Virus genome (UHGV): UHGV-2031204
DNA: 64,000 bases
Strand: one strand, 5' to 3'
Origin: a virus
This document shows, one piece after another, positions 57,440-64,000 of the stretch; the first letter of the stretch is position 1; each line of letters begins with the position of its first letter. The translations under genes were made by a program, and so were the position numbers. The notes beneath the pieces are model-generated. The model saw only the letters and a program-made list of their open reading frames with translations. It made no database searches and was not told the DNA's origin.

Positions 57440-57764
57440 AATTGATATTCTACAAATTTGTTATCAGTGTGGTGACTTCGGTAAGACGCAGGTAACGCCG
57501 TTAGTTAAGCTTTTAGGTTACTTGCCTGAAATCGAGTTGCCTTTTGTTAAACCTAGCTTAGTTCGTCGTGCATCGTGTCGTGAAGCTTATTTGCTCTGGA
57601 AACACAATATTGCGGTAGAGAAGGTCTGGGATCGTATGAACGATCATCAGTTCCGTGAGCAGGTCGTACATACGCTTAACTTGGCACTGACTATGCAGCG
57701 CCTGGGCTTACAACACGAAGGTTTAGAAGCGGCGGTCAAGCAATGGATTACGAAAAATCGATAA
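57396..57764 (+). CDS. Hypothetical protein
   Basis: 122-aa ORF; RBS GAGGAGAA; overlaps previous ORF. Confidence 0.45.
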   Translation: MFTENPSIYGIPLNEIDILQICYQCGDFGKTQVTPLVKLLGYLPEIELPFVKPSLVRRASCREAYLLWKHNIAVEKVWDRMNDHQFREQVVHTLNLALTMQRLGLQHEGLEAAVKQWITKNR

Positions 57765-57788
57765 TGGGTAAAACATATATCGCTATAC

Positions 57789-58349
57789 TTGTCGAGCTAT
57801 CAATCGGCGGTACACGTTTTAATGCTACACATCAGCTCCGGGCGTTTCGTTATGTTAACGGTACGTAAAGAATCTGAAATTGGTAACGATCTTTTTAATG
57901 CACCCGAAGACTATAAAGTCGTTACCATTAACTGCGTAGGAGCGATGGGTCGCGGTATTGCACTCGCGTGTCGTGAACGCTACCCCAACCTTTACCAGGA
58001 TTATCGTAAGCGGTGTCGTGAAGACGAAATTAAGATTGGTAGCGTTTACGTTTACTCTGACGAAAAGTGTATCTTGCTCCCCACGAAAACCCATTGGCGC
58101 TTAAAGTCCCAGGTTTCTTATGTTACTGCGGGCATTACCGCACTAGCAGACTGTGCTGAGGATCTAGATACCAGCGTTGCTATCCCTCCACTGGGAATGG
58201 CAAATGGGTGGTTAGATTCCTGGGAAAGACAAGAAATCTTTTTGTGGCTTTACAAAAAACTTGAACCGAGGAGACAACACTACACGTTATACTTACCCGA
58301 TAGTTTGTACCGAGAAGCAGAGTCATTAATTCCAAACTCTTTTAAATAG
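57789..58349 (+). CDS. Macro-domain protein (TARG1/O-acyl-ADP-ribose deacylase-like)
   Basis: DLFNAPEDYKVVTINCVGAMGRGIALACRERYP…LLPTKTHWRLKS…IPPLGMANG; start uncertain (TTG 57789, ATG 57822 or 57852). Confidence 0.65.
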   Translation: MSSYQSAVHVLMLHISSGRFVMLTVRKESEIGNDLFNAPEDYKVVTINCVGAMGRGIALACRERYPNLYQDYRKRCREDEIKIGSVYVYSDEKCILLPTKTHWRLKSQVSYVTAGITALADCAEDLDTSVAIPPLGMANGWLDSWERQEIFLWLYKKLEPRRQHYTLYLPDSLYREAESLIPNSFK

Positions 58350-58449
58350 ATATTATCATTAGGGCACACAACAAAGGAGTATTAGCTGTCCGCGCCGTCA
58401 TTTCGTCTTACGGAATACGGAAATGTATAAATCCAACTGGAGAAACAAA

Positions 58450-59148
58450 ATGTTTCGTATCTTCTTTCTTTTACTGGTAACACTTTTCGCGTTTAACGCA
58501 CAGGCGTCAACGTCAACGCCACATTCTAAACATCAGCGTGAGTTTACACAAATCCAACATCGGTTCGAAAAAGTCAGTCCGTTAATTGTGGAAATCTCAC
58601 GAAAGCAAGGCGTTGATCCTAAGCTGATGATTACGCTGATTTATCGTGAATCGCGTTTTGATCCCAAGGCTTACAACAAAAGCTCACGAGCACACAGCCT
58701 GGTACAGATGCTTCCAAGTACCAAGCGTAATCTGCTAAGGCTTTATGGAAAAGAATTAGGTCTTAGTCAGAACGCCGATTTGTATAATCCGCGTAATGCT
58801 GTTTTGCTGGCTGCCGCGTATGTTAAACATCTTGAAAAGGGGTTAACCAAACGACTCAAACGCAAGCCCACCATGGCTGAAGTTGCGTTAGCTTACCACT
58901 GGGGTGAAAGTGGCGCTCACACGCGAATCAAAAGCAAATCTCGAGCAGCACAACGAGAAATGGCAGGCTTTATGAAAGACGCCTCGTTCTATAGCGCGAA
59001 AATCGATGTGCCTGTTGTTGTGGGCTCGGCCCCACGTCAGCTTGCGTTTGCGAAGAAAACACCACGTCAGATTCAATTGGCGGAAGTTAGTAAAATTTGG
59101 GATACGATAAACACGAGTTTTCCAATCAATAGAGGAGTTACCCTTTGA
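58450..59148 (+). CDS. Secreted lytic transglycosylase (SLT domain)
   Basis: Signal peptide MFRIFFLLLVTLFAFNAQA; YRESRFDPKAYNKSSRAHSLVQMLPST matches the SLT motif; RBS GGAGAAAC before ATG 58450. Confidence 0.7.
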   Translation: MFRIFFLLLVTLFAFNAQASTSTPHSKHQREFTQIQHRFEKVSPLIVEISRKQGVDPKLMITLIYRESRFDPKAYNKSSRAHSLVQMLPSTKRNLLRLYGKELGLSQNADLYNPRNAVLLAAAYVKHLEKGLTKRLKRKPTMAEVALAYHWGESGAHTRIKSKSRAAQREMAGFMKDASFYSAKIDVPVVVGSAPRQLAFAKKTPRQIQLAEVSKIWDTINTSFPINRGVTL

Positions 59149-59654
59149 GCATCGTAGTAACCGATTGGTATAAAGGCATTACAAAAGCCGCACAATTGAC
59201 CGCGAAAGACGTTTACAGTATCGTCCGAAGCAGCATCGAAGACGAGATTAAGTCGGATGAAGAATTCGCAGAGAAACACGAATTTTACGATGCTTTACCC
59301 ACAGCATTCGGTGATGACGAAGAAGAAGGTTTAGAGTTTGACTGGAACGTCAACCTTGCCTTGTTGTGGATTTGTGGTTTACGACCAACGGTAAAAGAAA
59401 CCGAAGAAGGGAAAGTCTTGCTTTGGAATTTTACCGGACAGTATAATCGTAGTTTAGTCTTTAAACAGGCGTATATGGACGCTACTGTAGAACTTCAAAA
59501 TCTACTGCTTGGTGAAAACACATACTGCCAGCGTAGTTTTTTAACGATTCTGGAAAAACTTGTGACGACGCACAAAGTCTGGCGTAAAGAAGACGCCCCA
59601 GAACACATGTTCATTTTAGAGTACGCTGTCATTCCAAATCAGCCGTTCTTCTAA
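59145..59654 (+). CDS. Hypothetical acidic protein
   Basis: TTG start after RBS AGAGGAG. Confidence 0.45.
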   Translation: MSIVVTDWYKGITKAAQLTAKDVYSIVRSSIEDEIKSDEEFAEKHEFYDALPTAFGDDEEEGLEFDWNVNLALLWICGLRPTVKETEEGKVLLWNFTGQYNRSLVFKQAYMDATVELQNLLLGENTYCQRSFLTILEKLVTTHKVWRKEDAPEHMFILEYAVIPNQPFF

Positions 59655-59660
59655 CCTCTA

Positions 59661-59698
59661 CCCCTTACCCTATACGGAGTAAGGGGTACTTTTATTTT
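59661..59698 (+). terminator. Rho-independent terminator
   Basis: CCCCTTACCC-TATACGGAG-TAAGGGG plus T-run. Confidence 0.65.
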
Positions 59699-59720
59699 CA
59701 TTCCCTAAAGGAGCAGAGTT

Positions 59721-60200
59721 ATGATAAAATTCATTTGGCGTTATCCAACGCGTTTTTGGTTTGTGGTACTTGAACTGTGTATGGTTCTTGTAGCAGTTAC
59801 TTTTGTCGATGCACCTGCCTCACAGTTGACCATTTTCTGTCTATTCGTGACTGTTCCTGTATGGGTTATTGCGAAGGCTATTAAGTTCCTCATGGTGAGT
59901 TGGGCGAATTATACGTGTCCGTATAAGCCCAGACAAATCATGAACTGGCTAATGTATATTGAAGAACGTTTACCGGCGCAACGTAAATTACTGGGCTGGT
60001 CGTCAATGTTGGATATTGCGCTAGAAACCAATGCAAAGTTCCCCGGTGCGAAAAATCCGTATTTGTTGATGGCGGTAATTGTTGCACAACAAAAACTGGT
60101 AGGCGATCGTTGGTTGCCAGAAGAAGCGAAAGCGTATATCCGTAAACATCCAAAAGCTTTTTACTCGGTAGGGCAATGGCGTAACTTGCCATTATTTTAA
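59721..60200 (+). CDS. Membrane protein (two N-terminal TM helices)
   Basis: 159-aa ORF; RBS AAAGGAG. Confidence 0.5.
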   Translation: MIKFIWRYPTRFWFVVLELCMVLVAVTFVDAPASQLTIFCLFVTVPVWVIAKAIKFLMVSWANYTCPYKPRQIMNWLMYIEERLPAQRKLLGWSSMLDIALETNAKFPGAKNPYLLMAVIVAQQKLVGDRWLPEEAKAYIRKHPKAFYSVGQWRNLPLF

Positions 60201-60253
60201 CTTTTTACATAACCCTTAGTTGATTTGAACAAACCTAAAAGAGGACTATTAAA

Positions 60254-61189
60254 ATGACTTTTCCATCTGAAGTAATTCACGAACTGGCTAACACGCTACG
60301 TCGTTACCATAGCAGCAAGACGATGCAAACCAATGTGGGCGCGACCGCCGACTTTTTACGTGGTTATTTCCTAGGCAGAAATCCAACGTCGATTACACAG
60401 GAAACGGTTTTCTCTATCGAACGTACCTCCTTAATCCTTCCAATTGATAATTTCACTGCGTTTCAAGAAAGGAATACGTTCAACTTCTCTATGGGAATGC
60501 TGTATTCGACCATCGCCATTAATCCCATCATGAGAGATGACCCATCTTTCGTGCCTTACCAACATACAACGGATCACGGTAATTGGTTCGTTGTGGTAGA
60601 ACAAGGTGCGAATCAGTATGATGTTGTTGCGGCTCGTGACGAAGCTTTCTTTGATTTAGGACAGATTTATCGCCGTCAAGAAATTGCGTTTGACCTACGT
60701 CAAGGTAATATCGGATTAAGTGGGTCTGCTGTCTATTTCATCCTGAGCAGTTGGTCACATGTAGGTTTTGTGTTGATGAAAAAAGGACCGTTGTTCAACT
60801 CACCGTTGGTAAAATACCATAACCCTGAGGAAGGAGATCATGACGAAAAAGAAACGGTACCTGGCACAGAAGTCGCCGTTTGTGAAAACTACGATGATCT
60901 GAAATCTGTGCTCGTTAAACGTGATGTTTTCGAATCGTTAAACCTGGATTTCCCTGGTGACGAAAAAGAAATATCCGTAGCTGACCTGGTAGAAGCATTG
61001 TGTCAGAAAGACCAAGCTAATGAGATCAGTGACGAAGAAGCGGAACTCTTCCAAGTTCAACAACTCGTCAGCAAGGTTATCGGCGGCCAGGAAATCGTTG
61101 ACACCCTTATGGCTTTACCACCGAAGAAACGTACTCAAAAGTACATTCGTGAACTGGTTCTTAAAAACCTGGGTCAAGTCAAAAAGTAA
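60254..61189 (+). CDS. Hypothetical protein, N-terminus paralogous to 61251 ORF
   Basis: 311 aa; FPSEVIHELANTLRRY vs FPSSEYLTHLAYGIRR. Confidence 0.5.
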   Translation: MTFPSEVIHELANTLRRYHSSKTMQTNVGATADFLRGYFLGRNPTSITQETVFSIERTSLILPIDNFTAFQERNTFNFSMGMLYSTIAINPIMRDDPSFVPYQHTTDHGNWFVVVEQGANQYDVVAARDEAFFDLGQIYRRQEIAFDLRQGNIGLSGSAVYFILSSWSHVGFVLMKKGPLFNSPLVKYHNPEEGDHDEKETVPGTEVAVCENYDDLKSVLVKRDVFESLNLDFPGDEKEISVADLVEALCQKDQANEISDEEAELFQVQQLVSKVIGGQEIVDTLMALPPKKRTQKYIRELVLKNLGQVKK

Positions 61190-61199
61190 TTTAAGTCCC

Positions 61200-61230
61200 C
61201 TACTCCTCCGGGAGTAGGGTTAATTCTTTC
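61200..61230 (+). terminator. Terminator hairpin (CCCTACTCC family)
   Basis: CCCCTACTCC-TCCG-GGAGTAGGG then T-rich. Confidence 0.6.
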
Positions 61231-61250
61231 TCCATCTTAGGAATATTAAA

Positions 61251-61799
61251 ATGTTTCCATCGTCTGAATATTTAACTCATCTGGCTTACGGTATTCGCCG
61301 TGGTTCTGTTTTCCGCTCACGTTTAAAGGATATAAATTTCCTGGCTAATTTCTTATATAACCATTTTGGAGATGGCAATAGCGTTTACAAAAAGATCACC
61401 ACAACACAACTTTATTCCCTTATAGCAGCGTCTGAAATTGTACCTACAGATATTTGCCGATTCAAACGGTATTGCGAGGAAATTACGATCATTTTTCTTG
61501 ATCATTCTACGATTACCGTTGAAATCGTCGATCGCGTTGATATTAATAGTGAAGTATCAGGTTGGAAGATTCTGTTCGATTGTGGCAATCGTTACGCGGT
61601 ACTCGGTTCCTCTGATGAACGTGACTTCCCATTCGACAAACCCTACTACTACCTTAGCGAGGATGATTTCCCGGATAAAGAATCCAATATCTATTTAAAC
61701 GGGGATACCGTTTACTTCATTTTTCGTACTTGGAACGATGTTGCTGCTATGATTGCTCAAGGCGTCATCGATTACCGTAAACTAGAAGTCGACATTTAA
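61251..61799 (+). CDS. Hypothetical protein
   Basis: 182-aa ORF. Confidence 0.5.
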   Translation: MFPSSEYLTHLAYGIRRGSVFRSRLKDINFLANFLYNHFGDGNSVYKKITTTQLYSLIAASEIVPTDICRFKRYCEEITIIFLDHSTITVEIVDRVDINSEVSGWKILFDCGNRYAVLGSSDERDFPFDKPYYYLSEDDFPDKESNIYLNGDTVYFIFRTWNDVAAMIAQGVIDYRKLEVDI

Positions 61800-61810
61800 A
61801 ATAAAAGCTA

Positions 61811-61842
61811 CCCTACTCCTTCGGGAGTAGGGTAATCTTTTT
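61811..61842. terminator. Bidirectional terminator (CCCTACTCC family)
   Basis: CCCTACTCC-TTCG-GGAGTAGGG plus T-run, A-run upstream. Confidence 0.7.
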
Positions 61843-62465
61843 TAGTTAACTAACCCGTTAGCTTTAAGAATCTCTAACATTTGGTTGTTTAACTCTTTTA
61901 ATTTTTTGTTTTCTTCTGTCAACGCAGCAACTTTCTCACCCAACGGAATAGACTCACGAATTTTATTTTTTCGTGCCGCTTCCATCTGCAAGTGTTGTTC
62001 CTCCGTTACCTTCCCCTCATACTCGAGTGTTGTAATCTCAACTTTCGGCTCAATCCCCAGTGTATGCGTGAGAATATCTGAAACGTCTTTTGTTATAGAC
62101 GACACTTTCACGTAATCTGGTACCAGTGCCAAATCTACCACTAACACATTTCGTTGATACGTGATACCGGATAAACCCGGGTACGATTCCAGGTAGGTGT
62201 CGGGTATGTATACAACCTGACCATCGCGTGATTTAAATGTCAGTATCGACGCACTAACATTCGCATCTGCTAAATATTCTTCACGTCCTAGCCCTACTGG
62301 CTGGTAATACGAGTTATAAACATCGATATTCTGACGTACTAAATCTGGGAAGGTGCGCGATGCCTCTACCGTATAAATGACGGTCTCGGCTAAAGTAAAA
62401 GGCGTTTTTACTCTAAACAGACCCGTGGTGTTGACTGGTACCTGAAGTGGTAAACGCGTAGCCAT
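61842..62465 (-). CDS. Hypothetical protein with C-terminal coiled coil, possibly structural
   Basis: 207-aa ORF. Confidence 0.5.
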   Translation of the reverse strand: MATRLPLQVPVNTTGLFRVKTPFTLAETVIYTVEASRTFPDLVRQNIDVYNSYYQPVGLGREEYLADANVSASILTFKSRDGQVVYIPDTYLESYPGLSGITYQRNVLVVDLALVPDYVKVSSITKDVSDILTHTLGIEPKVEITTLEYEGKVTEEQHLQMEAARKNKIRESIPLGEKVAALTEENKKLKELNNQMLEILKANGLVN

Positions 62466-62468
62466 TCA

Positions 62469-63842
62469 TTACTCCTCGTCTAACTCGGTGTACCATTTCG
62501 CTTTCCGAGACAGGATTCGATATTCTACGTTGTCGTATTCGAACACCCAGAAGTAGTTGTCAGGGTCAGCCTCGTCGACCAGTTTTACAACATCTAAACT
62601 GGTTTGATACGGGTGGTATTCTTCCGCAGCAATAAGTGCCTGGAAGAATAACGCCAACCATTCGGTTGTTGATTTCGACATACGCGCAATATCAGGGTTA
62701 GTCGTCGCAATTAACGCATAATCCGGGATAGTTTCGTGTAAGGTCGCTTTCCGTGTATCGTTTTCCGGCCCACTGATTACAACACAGTTTAATGATTTAT
62801 AAACTGTTGGTAAGTCAGTTACGTCTGTTGTAGGTTTACTGATCGTTTTAGTATTTCTTTCTGCTACCGTCTGGTCTGCCCATTCTCCAAACCGACTGAT
62901 AGCTTTGACCCAGAAATCATATGGAAGGATGGGGGAATAAAGCGCCGCCACATCTTCCTCATTGGGTATCCCACGAATTTTCCATCCAGGGACAATTGTA
63001 AATTTCGTGGTAGTGAAAATTTCGGGAAATACTTTTACCCCGATAGGGACAGTAAAGCTAGAATTAGCGAGAATGTGTTCTCGCAACGCTTGCTTTATTT
63101 TCGTTGGGTTTTTTCCCGCACGTCCGTAGATAATAACCGACATTGGGACAACTAGGGTAGACTCGTAGTTTTCTTGATCGTGCCAAGTATAGTAGTTGGT
63201 TTGGATAGCGGTATAAGGAAACCCTGCCATTAACTCATTGATTTTCTTATGGTGTTCGGTAAGGTTAAACCCTTCCATCGCCTTTTCAACGACTGACTTG
63301 GTCGACAAAAATGTGTCGATTGGTGAAATCGGCATCTGTACTTCGATTTCGTACCCTGTGTAATCTTGATCGAAGTCTTCATCCGAGAACCAAACAATGA
63401 TCTGATTATCTACATCAGTGTCATCTTGTACTTGATCTGCCGTTACTTCATATTTCCAGCTCACCCAACGTGGGAACCAGTTACTGTTCGTCTGGATCAT
63501 CGCACCGGACTGAACGCCAGAAATGGTTGATTGGAATTGGCCTAGTAATAGGCGCTGGAATTCAAGTTCGTCATTTCTCAGATTACCCAAGATGGCTTGC
63601 TGGTAAATCCATTGAGAAACGGTTAGAATATGATCAGAAAATTCGGCTGGTACAACAACCGTCTGTTTTTCTCGTTTAGACGTAAAAGTCACCAATTGAA
63701 CTTGCAAATTGGTTTTAGTAAACGTCTGTTTACTCTTCGCGTACGAGAGTGTCAAATCCGACAGCTCGCCCACCGGAGCGGTGACGCCGTCCTGATTGTC
63801 AAACAGTGCCGGTATCTGAATAAAACCTTGTAAGTCTAACAT
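62469..63842 (-). CDS. Hypothetical 457-aa protein, possibly structural
   Basis: ORF tightly coupled to the downstream gene. Confidence 0.5.
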   Translation of the reverse strand: MLDLQGFIQIPALFDNQDGVTAPVGELSDLTLSYAKSKQTFTKTNLQVQLVTFTSKREKQTVVVPAEFSDHILTVSQWIYQQAILGNLRNDELEFQRLLLGQFQSTISGVQSGAMIQTNSNWFPRWVSWKYEVTADQVQDDTDVDNQIIVWFSDEDFDQDYTGYEIEVQMPISPIDTFLSTKSVVEKAMEGFNLTEHHKKINELMAGFPYTAIQTNYYTWHDQENYESTLVVPMSVIIYGRAGKNPTKIKQALREHILANSSFTVPIGVKVFPEIFTTTKFTIVPGWKIRGIPNEEDVAALYSPILPYDFWVKAISRFGEWADQTVAERNTKTISKPTTDVTDLPTVYKSLNCVVISGPENDTRKATLHETIPDYALIATTNPDIARMSKSTTEWLALFFQALIAAEEYHPYQTSLDVVKLVDEADPDNYFWVFEYDNVEYRILSRKAKWYTELDEE

Positions 63843-63867
63843 AATTAAAAATACTCCGAGGTGAGCA

Positions 63868-64000
63868 ATGGGTTCATTTTTTAAAGTGCTTCCGTTCTTC
63901 CTTCAGATGTTAATGGAAGCATTTAAACCAGGAGAAGGAGAAAACGTATCAAGAGCAAGCAAGATAATGACTTTAATCATCACGATCTTGTTGTCGTATT
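63868..64000 (+). CDS. 5' end of a membrane-protein ORF running off the window end
   Basis: RBS GAGGTGA before ATG 63868; MGSFFKVLPFFLQ…IMTLIITILLSY. Confidence 0.3.
   Translation, partial: MGSFFKVLPFFLQMLMEAFKPGEGENVSRASKIMTLIITILLSY

Noticed and set aside
63842-63868. Divergent promoter region between minus gene 62469..63842 and the partial plus ORF at 63868
   Set aside because: Only 25 bp separate the two start codons, too little for two promoters; one of the two starts (more likely the partial plus ORF) may be wrong, so no regulatory feature is called.
1-64000. Search for tRNA genes, CRISPR arrays, integrase or attachment sites, host genes
   Set aside because: No T-loop-like sequences in intergenic regions, no regular repeat-spacer structure, no recombinase motifs recognised; the gene content is entirely phage-like.

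Overview
The whole 64-kb window reads as tailed-phage DNA (myovirus-like, host probably Enterobacteriaceae); I found no host chromosomal genes, tRNAs or CRISPR arrays. All family calls are from motif recognition by eye, with no database search. Layout: (1) 148-8771 (+) fibre-tip module: a 1540-aa long tail fibre with tandem fibre repeats and a C-terminal self-cleaving S74 chaperone, two tandem T2-type gp38-like adhesins, a glycosidase-like protein and a short fibre. (2) 8892-16626 (+): about 14 small hypothetical genes. (3) 16793-21960: four paralogous small proteins, GH108 endolysin, DUF1353 protein, M15 peptidase, and an opposite-strand lipoprotein. (4) 22023-42630 (-): one long operon of three giant fibre-like proteins (1440, 1401, 1727 aa) plus a coiled-coil fibre, followed by three tandem cysteine-tetrad-repeat peptides and two radical-SAM enzymes (one with a SPASM-like Cys cluster). 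This peptide/radical-SAM cassette is the most unusual element and my candidate for the undescribed system. (5) 42699-45393: unknown protein, a DUF1471-like protein, and a P2 gpV-like central spike. (6) 45715-61799 (+) accessory region: a four-member paralog family, five secreted Cys-containing small proteins, an orphan SbcC/Rad50-like ATPase, three tiny membrane proteins, a GNAT, a macro-domain protein and a secreted lytic transglycosylase. (7) 61842-63842 (-): two unknown, possibly structural genes. A conserved promoter/5'-UTR cassette recurs four times and a family of near-identical terminator hairpins punctuates the window.
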